A DNA stretch of 39,310 nucleotides. It comes from Vicinamibacterales bacterium. GTDB taxonomy: Bacteria; Patescibacteriota; Patescibacteriia; SG8-24. Below, piece after piece: positions 9,546 through 18,981 of the stretch. The first letter of the stretch is position 1; the number at the start of each line of letters is the position of its first letter. A program made the position numbers and the translations under genes. The stretch lies in NCBI GenBank assembly GCA_037916205.1, contig JBAIXY010000179.1, forward strand, positions 1-39,310, given 5' to 3'. The notes beneath the pieces were generated by a model. It searched no databases and was not told where the DNA came from. It saw only the letters and a list, made by a program, of their open reading frames with translations.

Positions 9546-9580
9546 GCAAAAGAAAAGACCGCCGAGGATCGGGCGGTCTT
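9546..9580 (-). terminator. Rho-independent terminator after the 192-aa hypothetical gene
   Basis: 9-bp stem AAGACCGCC (9555-9563) / GGCGGTCTT (9572-9580). On the minus strand it is followed by UUUUCUUUUG. Confidence 0.65.
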
Positions 9581-9592
9581 GAGGACGCACGT

Positions 9593-10171
9593 TCAGCGCG
9601 GGTCGGGCGTGCCGTGCAGGCAGCGGTAGCCGTCGGCCGCGAGGCCCAGGTCGTAGAGGCAGGGGCAGTCGGGGCAAAGGATATAGAGGCGGAGCACCCA
9701 GGCGTCGCCTTCGGGCGAGTCCTCGGTCTGCTGGTGGCAGCCGACGACCAGCGCCTCGCGGCCGCAGGACGGGCAGTCGCGGGTCTTGGCCTCGGACAGT
9801 CCGCCGAGCGGCACCGGTTTGGCCGGGTCGCCGGGGCGGGCGTAGGGCACGGCCAGGCCGCGTTCGGCGTTCTGCAGGTCGTCGACCAGCTCGCGGGCGA
9901 AGAACGGCTCGCACCTGCGGACGTTGGCCAGAGCCTTCAGCGAGAAGCACCGCCGGGGGTAGCCGAGCTCGTAGTCCCTGACCAGGAACCAGGCCGGCCC
10001 GTACTTGCCGGGGTCGAGCCAGTCGCGCCAGTTCCGGCGGATGCCGGCGAGCGCCTGCTGGGCCGCGGCGCAGGCGTCGGCGCGCCGCTTCAGGTCGTCC
10101 ATTTCGGACCGCATCCGGCGGACCGCCGCATCCAGCGCGTCGCCGAGTCTTTGCAGTTTCAGCGCTTCCAT
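9593..10171 (-). CDS. Hypothetical protein with C-terminal zinc-ribbon-like CPSC...CPDC motif
   Basis: Track ORF 9593..10324 trimmed to the ATG at 10169-10171 (MEALKLQRL...), which is preceded by AGGGAG. The upstream extension has weaker G/C-ending codon bias. No family recognised. Confidence 0.6.
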   Translation of the reverse strand: MEALKLQRLGDALDAAVRRMRSEMDDLKRRADACAAAQQALAGIRRNWRDWLDPGKYGPAWFLVRDYELGYPRRCFSLKALANVRRCEPFFARELVDDLQNAERGLAVPYARPGDPAKPVPLGGLSEAKTRDCPSCGREALVVGCHQQTEDSPEGDAWVLRLYILCPDCPCLYDLGLAADGYRCLHGTPDPR

Positions 10172-10457
10172 GGCCGCTCCCTGGTCCCTGGCGCCTATCG
10201 CCGCGGACCGTGAAAAGAACACTGCCGTCTTAGCATTTCGGCCGCGTCCGGTCAACGGCCGGATCCAGGCCGTCTTGTGTTTTTTCCGGCGCTCCTGTAA
10301 CATTTTCGCCAGTGGGAATCGCACGGGCGCTTTCCCCTTTATTTTCGCTTATTTATCCCACATACGTTCCATTCAAGTGCTGCGGCCTGCCCCGCAACCT
10401 TTTGACAAAGGTGTGGGGTCGCACCACCGGAACGTAGCGGTCTAAGGAATCTTTTTT

Positions 10458-11201
10458 ATGCCACAGTTACCGACTGTACTGGAGCTTCTCCAGGCGGGCG
10501 TGCACTTCGGCCACAAGGCCTCGAAGTGGCACCCGAAAATGAAGCCGTATATCTTCGGCGTCAGGAATGACATCCATGTCATCGACCTCGACAAGACCCT
10601 GGTCAAGCTCGGCCAGGCGCTGGACTACGTCCGCGATCTCGTCGCCCGCGGCGGTACGATCCTGTTCCTGGGCTCCAAGCGCCAGGCCCGCGACATCATC
10701 AAGACCTACGCCGAGGATTGCGGCATGCCCTACGTTTCCGGCCGCTGGCTCGGCGGCACCCTGACCAACTACGGCGAGGTCATCAAGCTGGTCAAGCGCT
10801 ACAACGAACTCAAGGCCCAGATGGCCACCGGCGGACTGGCCAAATACACCAAGAAGGAGCAGGCCAATTTTGCCAAGAGCCTCGAGGAACTAGAGGCCAA
10901 GGTCGGCGGCATCCAGAAGATCACCCGGCCGCCGGACGCCATGTTCGTCATCGATCTCAAGAAGGAAAAGACGGCCGTGGCCGAGGCCCAGGCCCGCAAG
11001 ATCCCGATCGTCGCCCTGGTCGACACCAACGTCAACCCCGAGGACGTCGCCTACGCCATCCCGTCGAACGACGACGCCGTCAAGACCATCGAACTCATGA
11101 CCCGCCTCGTTTCCGAAGCGGTCAAGGAAGGCAAGGCCCTGCGCGATCAGCGCCCGCCCGAGCCCGCCGCCAAGGAAGCCAAGGCGGCTCCCGCCAAATA
11201 G
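10458..11201 (+). CDS. rpsB: 30S ribosomal protein S2
   Basis: LLQAGVHFGHKASKWHPKMKPYIFG and downstream conserved S2 core. AAGGAA lies upstream of the ATG. Confidence 0.95.
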   Translation: MPQLPTVLELLQAGVHFGHKASKWHPKMKPYIFGVRNDIHVIDLDKTLVKLGQALDYVRDLVARGGTILFLGSKRQARDIIKTYAEDCGMPYVSGRWLGGTLTNYGEVIKLVKRYNELKAQMATGGLAKYTKKEQANFAKSLEELEAKVGGIQKITRPPDAMFVIDLKKEKTAVAEAQARKIPIVALVDTNVNPEDVAYAIPSNDDAVKTIELMTRLVSEAVKEGKALRDQRPPEPAAKEAKAAPAK

Positions 11202-11257
11202 TCCGTTCACCCGTCGGCCGCAACGCCGCCGGCATAAAAACTAACGGCAAAGACCAT

Positions 11258-11860
11258 ATGGTCGACACCAACATCATTTCCGAACTGCGCGCCCGGACCG
11301 GCGCCGGCGTCGTTGACTGCAAGAAAGCCCTGGCCGAGACCGGCGGCGACATCGACAAGGCCGCCGAGTACCTGCGCAAAAAGGGCATGGCCAAGGCCGG
11401 CACCCGCGGTGAGCGCGTCACCAAGGAGGGCCTGATCCACTGCTACGTCCACCCGAACAACAAGATGGGCGTCATGGTCGAGGTCCAGTGCGAGACCGAT
11501 TTCGTCGCGCGCACCGACCAGTTCGGCGAGTTCGTCCATGATGTCGCCATGCAGGTCGCGGCCACCAATCCTCTCTACCTCTCGCCGGACCAGGTGCCCG
11601 CCGAGGTGGTCGAGAAAGAGAAGGAGATCGTCATGGCCGAGTTCGAGGGTTCGAGCAAGCCCAAGGAGGTCATCGAGAAGATCGCCTGCGGCAAGATGGA
11701 TAAGTACTACTCCGAGGTCTGCCTGCTGAACCAGGCGTTCATCAAGGACGAGGACAAGACCATCGGCGACCTGCTCAAGGAGAAGATCGCCGCCACCGGC
11801 GAGAACATCCGCATCGTCCGCTTCGTGCGCTTCGCCCTCTCCGAACCGGCCGTCTGCTGA
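11258..11860 (+). CDS. tsf: Translation elongation factor Ts (short, about 200 aa form)
   Basis: ELRARTGAGVVDCKKALAETGGDIDKAAEYLRKKG (UBA-like N-terminus) and the EVQCETDFVART core. Track ORF 10718..11860 is an out-of-gene upstream extension overlapping rpsB. Confidence 0.9.
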   Translation: MVDTNIISELRARTGAGVVDCKKALAETGGDIDKAAEYLRKKGMAKAGTRGERVTKEGLIHCYVHPNNKMGVMVEVQCETDFVARTDQFGEFVHDVAMQVAATNPLYLSPDQVPAEVVEKEKEIVMAEFEGSSKPKEVIEKIACGKMDKYYSEVCLLNQAFIKDEDKTIGDLLKEKIAATGENIRIVRFVRFALSEPAVC

Positions 11861-11886
11861 AACGCTAAAATATCGAGAAATACAGG

Positions 11887-11919
11887 TCCCCGGCCCGCGC
11901 GGCCGGGGATCTTCGTTTT
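11887..11919 (+). terminator. Rho-independent terminator after tsf
   Basis: 9-bp stem TCCCCGGCC (11887-11895) / GGCCGGGGA (11901-11909) followed by a T-rich tract. Confidence 0.6.
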
Positions 11920-11950
11920 AGGAGCGATGGTCGATTATCGGCGCGGATTT

Positions 11951-11959
11951 TGGTATAAT
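11951..11959 (+). promoter_or_regulatory. Extended -10 promoter element TGGTATAAT upstream of gap
   Basis: Perfect TGnTATAAT, 36 nt upstream of the gap ATG at 11996. Confidence 0.55.
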
Positions 11960-11995
11960 ATGAAAGGTAATTCGAAATCATTTTCATCGGAGCCT

Positions 11996-13021
11996 ATGTC
12001 CATCCGCGTAGCCATCAACGGTTTCGGCCGCATCGGCCGCAACACCCTCAAGGCCGCCTGGGGCCGCCTCGACGAACTCGAATTCGTCGCGGTCAACGAT
12101 CTGACCGACACTAAGACCCTGGCCCACCTGCTGAAGCACGACACCTCTTACGGCACCTGGGACCACGAGGTCAAGTTCGACGAAAAGCACCTGATCATCG
12201 ACGGCAGGAAGATCGACGTCCTAGCCGAGAAGGATCCGGCGATGCTGCCCTGGGGCAAGGAGAAGATCGACGTCGTCCTCGAGTGCACCGGCCGCTTCAC
12301 CAGCGAGGAGAAGGCGAGCGCCCACCTCAAGGCCGGCGCCCAGCTGGTCATCCTCTCGGCCCCGGCCAAGGGAGGCAACGTCCCGACCTACGTCCTCGGC
12401 GTCAACGCCGACGGCAAGACCAAGTTCGGCCCGGAGAAGATCATCAACAACGCTTCCTGCACCACGAATTGCATCGCTCCGGTGGCCAAGGTCATCGAGG
12501 ACCTGTTCGGCGTCAAGCGCGCCTTCATGACCACGGTCCACGGCTACACCGCCGACCAGAACCTGCAGGACGGGCCGCACAAGGACCTGCGCCGCGCCCG
12601 CTGCGCCGCCGCCAACATCATCCCGACCTCGACCGGCGCGGCCATCGCCGTGACCGAATGCATTCCGTCGCTCAAGGGAGCCTTCGACGGCCTGGCCATC
12701 CGCGTGCCGGTGCCGGTCGTCTCGCTGGCCGACTTCACTTTCCTGCTCAAGAAGAAAACCACCGTCGACGAGGTCAACGAGGCGCTGAAGAAGGCTGCCG
12801 CCGGCCCGATGAAGGGCGTGCTGGCCGTGACCGACGAGCCGCTCGTTTCCTCGGATTTCATCAGGAACAACAACTCCGGCATCGTCGACCTGAAGCTGAC
12901 CAAGGTCATGGAAGGCGATTTCCTCAAGGTCATCGCCTGGTACGACAACGAATGGGGCTACTCGATGAGGCTGGCCGACATGGCCCAGCTCTTCGCCCAG
13001 AAGATGCTAAAGAAGAAATAG
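11996..13021 (+). CDS. gap: Type I glyceraldehyde-3-phosphate dehydrogenase
   Basis: INGFGRIGRN Rossmann start, the SCTTNC active-site segment, and the WYDNEWGYS C-terminus. Start set at the ATG preceded by GGAG, not the track's 11927. Confidence 0.95.
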   Translation: MSIRVAINGFGRIGRNTLKAAWGRLDELEFVAVNDLTDTKTLAHLLKHDTSYGTWDHEVKFDEKHLIIDGRKIDVLAEKDPAMLPWGKEKIDVVLECTGRFTSEEKASAHLKAGAQLVILSAPAKGGNVPTYVLGVNADGKTKFGPEKIINNASCTTNCIAPVAKVIEDLFGVKRAFMTTVHGYTADQNLQDGPHKDLRRARCAAANIIPTSTGAAIAVTECIPSLKGAFDGLAIRVPVPVVSLADFTFLLKKKTTVDEVNEALKKAAAGPMKGVLAVTDEPLVSSDFIRNNNSGIVDLKLTKVMEGDFLKVIAWYDNEWGYSMRLADMAQLFAQKMLKKK

Positions 13022-13031
13022 TCCGCGTCCG

Positions 13032-13946
13032 ATGGACCTGGCGTTCTATTGCGAGGCACTGACCGCCCTGACCCTGGCGGTCGTTCCTCTTTATTTCCTC
13101 GAGCTCGGCCGCCGGATGCGTTCGGGCAAGATCATCAACCGCGGCCGCTACTACCTGCTGGCCGCGGGCCTGGCGGCCGTCTGGCTGGTCGTCTTTTACG
13201 GCAGCTTCATCGAACCGAAGTTCCTGACGGTCAAACGCTACTCCGTGGCGCTCGACGGCGGCGGTCACGGCCGGCTGTCCGTGGCCGTGATCTCCGACAC
13301 GCACCTCGGCGCCTACAAGCACCGCGACTGGCTGGCCAGGGTCGTGCGCCGGGTGAACGGACTCCATCCAGACCTGGTCATCCTTGACGGCGACATCGTC
13401 ACCAACGCCGCCGGACTGCAGCAGCTCGATCCGCTCCAGGAACTGAAAAGCGCCTACGGGAGTTTCGCCGCGCTCGGCAATTACGATTACCACGTCGGCG
13501 GCGTCGACGTCCGCAAGACGGTCGAGTCCTTCGGCGTCGAGGTCCTGACCAATGAGTCGGTGCCGCTCGACATTGCCGGCCGCCGCCTGCGGCTGGTCGG
13601 ACTCGACGACTACTGGTTCGGCGATCCGGACTGGAACAAGGCCATGAGCCAGGTCGAGCCGGACGCGGTCAAGATCGTCATCGCCCACAATCCCGATTTC
13701 GCGCCGATGGCCGAGGCCCGGGGCATCGACCTGACGGTCGCCGGCCACACCCACGGCGGCCAGATCCGCCTGCCCGGCATCGGCCCGCTGGACAAGCTGC
13801 CGATCACCATCGGCCAGAATTTCGACATGGGACTGTTCAGCTTCGGGCCGATGCGGCTGTTCATCACGCCGGGAGTGGGCGAGTCCGGCCCGCGGGCCCG
13901 GCTGTTCGACCCGCCGGAGGTCTCGGTCCTGAACGTCGATTTTTAG
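13032..13946 (+). CDS. Membrane-anchored metallophosphoesterase (calcineurin-like)
   Basis: Motifs ISDTHLG, LDGDIV, GNYDYH, IAHNPD and GHTHGGQ in canonical order. Two N-terminal hydrophobic helices. Confidence 0.85.
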   Translation: MDLAFYCEALTALTLAVVPLYFLELGRRMRSGKIINRGRYYLLAAGLAAVWLVVFYGSFIEPKFLTVKRYSVALDGGGHGRLSVAVISDTHLGAYKHRDWLARVVRRVNGLHPDLVILDGDIVTNAAGLQQLDPLQELKSAYGSFAALGNYDYHVGGVDVRKTVESFGVEVLTNESVPLDIAGRRLRLVGLDDYWFGDPDWNKAMSQVEPDAVKIVIAHNPDFAPMAEARGIDLTVAGHTHGGQIRLPGIGPLDKLPITIGQNFDMGLFSFGPMRLFITPGVGESGPRARLFDPPEVSVLNVDF

Positions 13947-13963
13947 CGGGCCGCCGCTAAAAA

Positions 13964-13972
13964 TGATATAAT
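13964..13972 (+). promoter_or_regulatory. Extended -10 promoter element TGATATAAT upstream of pgk
   Basis: Perfect TGnTATAAT, 28 nt upstream of the pgk ATG. A small hairpin TAGCGG/CCGCTA lies just upstream. Confidence 0.55.
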
Positions 13973-14000
13973 TCTCGGGCTAACCATTTGTCGCTAAGCT

Positions 14001-15191
14001 ATGCGGCTCGCCACCATCGCCAATCTTAGGAACCTCAAAGGCAAGCGCGTCCTGCTGCGCGTCGATTTCAACATCCCGCTCGGCCCCGGCGGCCGCATCG
14101 GGCCGGAGGAGGACGCCAAGATCCGCGCCTCGCTCCCGACCATCCAGCACCTGCTCAAAGCCGGCGCCCGGGTGATCGCCGTGTCCCACCTCGGACGTCC
14201 CAAGGATTGCGAGCCGAAGTTCTCGCTGGCGCCGGTCGCCAAGCACCTCGGCGGCCTTCTGGGCCAGCCGGTCCTGTTCATCGACGATTGCCTGGAGGAC
14301 GGCGACACCGTCGACCGCACCGCCGCCCTGCTCAGGGACGGCCAGCTCGCCCTTCTCGAGAACATCCGCTTCTATCCCGAAGAAGAGAAGAACGACGCCA
14401 AGTTCTCCAAGCGCCTTGCCCGCCTGGCCGACGTCTACGTCAACGACGCCTTCGCCACCTGCCACCGTGCCCACGCCTCGACCGCGGGCGTCGCCAAGTA
14501 CCTGCCGGCCTACGCCGGCCTGCTCGTCGAGAAGGAAGTGAAGAGCCTGGACCGGCTGCTCAAGAAGCCCAAGCGGCCTTTCTACGTGCTCATGGGCGGC
14601 GCCAAGATCTCGTCCAAGCTGCCGACGCTCAAGAAGATGCTGGCCATCGCCGACAAGGTCTTCCTCGGCGGCGGCATGGCCAACAGTTTCTTCCGGGCCA
14701 TGGGTTATCGCACCGGCAAGTCGGTCGTCGCGCCTGAGGACGTGAAGCTGGCCAAGGCCCTCCTGAAAAAGAAGAATCTGGTCCTGCCCTCGGATGTCCT
14801 GGCCGCCTCGTCGCTCAAGGAAACGGCCAACGTCCGGGTGACGACGCCGGACAAGGTCAGGGCCTCCGAGTACGTCGTGGACATCGGCACGCAGTCGATG
14901 CGCGATTTCGCGCTGGAGCTGAAGAAGGCCAAGACCCTGGTCTGGAACGGCCCGGTCGGCCTGTTCGAGATCAGGAAGTTCAGCCACGGCTCGGTCATCC
15001 TCGGCCGGGTCATCGCCGCCCGTTCCAAGGGCCGCGCCTTCGGCGTGGTCGGCGGCGGCGAGACCATCGCCTGCCTGGAGCGGACCGGCATGGCCGAGTT
15101 CGTGGACCACGTCTCGACCGGCGGCGGCGCCATGCTCGAGTTCCTGGAGGGCCGCGTCCTGCCCGGCATCAAGCCGCTTTTGAGAAAATAA
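14001..15191 (+). CDS. pgk: Phosphoglycerate kinase
   Basis: KRVLLRVDFNIP, SHLGRP, ENIRFYPEEEKN and GGGETIA...STGGGAMLEFLEG motifs. Confidence 0.95.
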   Translation: MRLATIANLRNLKGKRVLLRVDFNIPLGPGGRIGPEEDAKIRASLPTIQHLLKAGARVIAVSHLGRPKDCEPKFSLAPVAKHLGGLLGQPVLFIDDCLEDGDTVDRTAALLRDGQLALLENIRFYPEEEKNDAKFSKRLARLADVYVNDAFATCHRAHASTAGVAKYLPAYAGLLVEKEVKSLDRLLKKPKRPFYVLMGGAKISSKLPTLKKMLAIADKVFLGGGMANSFFRAMGYRTGKSVVAPEDVKLAKALLKKKNLVLPSDVLAASSLKETANVRVTTPDKVRASEYVVDIGTQSMRDFALELKKAKTLVWNGPVGLFEIRKFSHGSVILGRVIAARSKGRAFGVVGGGETIACLERTGMAEFVDHVSTGGGAMLEFLEGRVLPGIKPLLRK

Positions 15192-15225
15192 GATTTTTTT
15201 CACCGACCATATGGAGGATAAAGTC

Positions 15226-15996
15226 ATGGCCCACCCGTGGCCGCATCGCAAACCGATCGTCATCGTGGTCCTGATGGGGCTCCTGCTCCTCAGCCTGACC
15301 GTCTGGCTCAGCTTCAAGGCGCGCAACGCCTGGCGGGAATATGATTTCATCGGCGTGCCCGTCGAACGCAACACCATCACCATCATGGGCGAAGGCAAGG
15401 TCTCGGTCATGCCCGACATCGCCAACGTCCAGGTCGGCACGGTCATCGAACGCCCGACCGTTTCCGCGGCCCAGCAGGAGAACACCAGGATCATGAACGC
15501 CCTCAACGACAGGCTGGCGGCTTTCGGCGTGGCCAAGGCGGACATGCAGACGGCCAGCTACTCCATCCAGCCGGTCTACGACTATACCAAGGGCAAACAG
15601 ACCCTGCGCGGCTACCAGGTCAGCCAGAGCCTGCGGCTGAAGATCCGCGAGCTGGACAAGATCGGCGACATCCTGGGCGCGGCCGGCGAACTCGGCGCCA
15701 ACCAGGTCGGCGGCATCGACTTCACCGTCGACCAGCCGGAGGCGATCAAGCAGCGGGCCCGGATGCTGGCCCTCGAGAACGCCAAGACCAAGGCCGCCGC
15801 GCTGGCCGAGGTGGTCGGGGTCGAGCTCCGCCGCGTCGTCTCCTTCGGCGAGAACGTCACCGAGCCCTACTACAACGCCCCCTACGCCGAGAAAGCCATG
15901 GCCTTCGGGATCGGCGGCGCGGCCCCGGCGCCGACCATCCAGCCCGGCAGCGCCGAGTACGTCCTCGACGTCAACGTGACCTACGAGATCGAGTAA
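15226..15996 (+). CDS. SIMPL (DUF541) domain-containing protein
   Basis: N-terminal TM helix, then SIMPL-like segments ([38 protein letters not shown]). The ATG at 15226 has GGAGGA 7 nt upstream. The track start at 15211 contains that SD. Confidence 0.8.
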   Translation: MAHPWPHRKPIVIVVLMGLLLLSLTVWLSFKARNAWREYDFIGVPVERNTITIMGEGKVSVMPDIANVQVGTVIERPTVSAAQQENTRIMNALNDRLAAFGVAKADMQTASYSIQPVYDYTKGKQTLRGYQVSQSLRLKIRELDKIGDILGAAGELGANQVGGIDFTVDQPEAIKQRARMLALENAKTKAAALAEVVGVELRRVVSFGENVTEPYYNAPYAEKAMAFGIGGAAPAPTIQPGSAEYVLDVNVTYEIE

Positions 15997-16009
15997 ACCT
16001 AGACCCAAT

Positions 16010-17269
<1,260 letters not shown>

Positions 17270-17279
17270 GAACGCCGCA

Positions 17280-17320
17280 AAACCGCCTTTCGGCCGGCTG
17301 GCTGCAAAGGCGGTTTTTTT
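17280..17320 (+). terminator. Rho-independent terminator after eno
   Basis: 11-bp stem AAACCGCCTTT (17280-17290) / AAAGGCGGTTT (17306-17316) running into a T-run that ends at 17320. Confidence 0.75.
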
Positions 17321-17402
17321 GACTAGAAATGCGCTTTTTTATTCATCCACCGCCGCATCTTCATTTTTGGGGCTGACGCGAGTATACTTTAGAGGATGTT
17401 TT

Positions 17403-18974
17403 ATGGATAAAGTTGCGCAAAAAGAGCCCGCGACTCCACCTTTGGTTTTAGCCATTCTTGACGGCTGGGGCATCGGGCCGCCCGGCAATGCCAACGCCGT
17501 CACCCTGGCCCGGACGCCGGTCCTCGACGGCCTGCGCGCGCGCTATCCGCACACCCAGCTGCAGGCGCACGGCCGCTACGTCGGCCTGCTGCCCAACCAG
17601 GAAGGCAATTCCGAGGCCGGGCACATGAACATCGGCGCCGGCCGGATCGTCCGGCAGGATATCCTTTACGTTTCCGAAGCCATCAAGGACCGGACCTTTT
17701 TCAAGAACACCGCATTCAAGGAGGTCCTGAAGCACGCCAAGAAATACGGCACCACGGTCCACCTGCTCGGCCTGCTTTCGAACGGCAACAGCGCCCACGC
17801 CTGCCCGGACCATCTCTACGCCCTGCTCCAGCTCTGCCACGAGGAGGGGATGGAGAAGGTCATGCTGCACATCTTCACCGACGGCCGCGACTCGCCGCCG
17901 TTCTCCGCGACCCGGCTGCTGCACGAGCTGGAGACGCACATGTTCCCGGAGCAGAAGATCGCCTCGGTCATGGGGCGCTTCTACGCCATGGACCGCAACA
18001 AGCACTGGCACCGGACCGAGCTGGCCTACAACGCCATCGTCAGCGGCGAGGGCCTGGTCGCGCCCAACGCCCACGCCGCCATCCTTCACGGCTACAGCCG
18101 CGGCGAGAGCGACGAGTTCATCCTGCCGACCGTGGTCACCGACGAACATCGCGTGCCGATCGGCCAGGTCGGCGAGAACGACGTCTTCATCTACTTCAAC
18201 CTGCGGTCCGACCGCGCCCGTCAGCTGACCAAGTGCTTCGTCCAGAAGGACTTCGAGAAGAAGAACGAGAACGCCTTCACCCGCAAAAAGGCCATCCAGA
18301 ACACCCGCTTCGCGGTGATGACCGATTTCGGCCCCGACCTGCCGCACATCTTCACCGCTTTCCCCAGCCGCGACATCGGCCAGGGCCTGACCGAGGTGCT
18401 GGCGCCTCTCCGGCAGTTCTACATCGCCGAGAGCGAGAAGTACGCCCACGTCACCTATTTCTTCAATGGCGGCTTCGCCGACCCGCGTGTCGGTGAGGAG
18501 CGCATGCGCGTGCCCTCGCCTTTCGTGCCGCATTACGACAGCAAGCCGGAGATGCGCGCCGTGACCATCGCCGGCGAGGTCGTCCGCCGGCTGACCTTCG
18601 ACCTGCACGATTTCATCGTGCTGAACTTCGCCAACCTCGACATGGTCGGCCACACCGGCAACCTGCACGCCACCATCCGGGCGATGGAAGTGGTCGACGG
18701 CTGCCTCGGGACGCTGGCCGAAGCGGTCAAGCAGAAGAAGGGCCACCTGATCATCACCGGCGACCACGGCAACGCCGAGCTCAAGGTCAACCCCGAGACC
18801 GGCGAGGTGATGACCGAACACACGACCAACCCGGTGCCGCTGATCCTGGTCAGCGAGAAATACCGCAAGGCCAAGCTCGGCGACGGCATGCTGGCCGACA
18901 TCGCCCCGACCATCCTGGACATCATCGGCCTTCCCAAGCCGGCGGTAATGACGGGCTTTTCGCTCCTGCGCTAG
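17403..18974 (+). CDS. gpmI: 2,3-bisphosphoglycerate-independent phosphoglycerate mutase, copy 1
   Basis: ILDGWG, GNSEAGH (catalytic Ser motif), FTDGRD, NFANLDMVGHTG and GDHGNAE. Start at the ATG preceded by AGAGGA, not the track's TTG at 17319. Confidence 0.9.
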   Translation: MDKVAQKEPATPPLVLAILDGWGIGPPGNANAVTLARTPVLDGLRARYPHTQLQAHGRYVGLLPNQEGNSEAGHMNIGAGRIVRQDILYVSEAIKDRTFFKNTAFKEVLKHAKKYGTTVHLLGLLSNGNSAHACPDHLYALLQLCHEEGMEKVMLHIFTDGRDSPPFSATRLLHELETHMFPEQKIASVMGRFYAMDRNKHWHRTELAYNAIVSGEGLVAPNAHAAILHGYSRGESDEFILPTVVTDEHRVPIGQVGENDVFIYFNLRSDRARQLTKCFVQKDFEKKNENAFTRKKAIQNTRFAVMTDFGPDLPHIFTAFPSRDIGQGLTEVLAPLRQFYIAESEKYAHVTYFFNGGFADPRVGEERMRVPSPFVPHYDSKPEMRAVTIAGEVVRRLTFDLHDFIVLNFANLDMVGHTGNLHATIRAMEVVDGCLGTLAEAVKQKKGHLIITGDHGNAELKVNPETGEVMTEHTTNPVPLILVSEKYRKAKLGDGMLADIAPTILDIIGLPKPAVMTGFSLLR

Positions 18975-18981
18975 CTGGATT

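Noticed and set aside
10718-11257. Upstream extension of the tsf ORF (380-aa version) overlapping rpsB.
   Set aside because: The extension is an Arg/Gly/Pro-rich out-of-frame read-through of rpsB. EF-Ts homology begins at the ATG at 11258.
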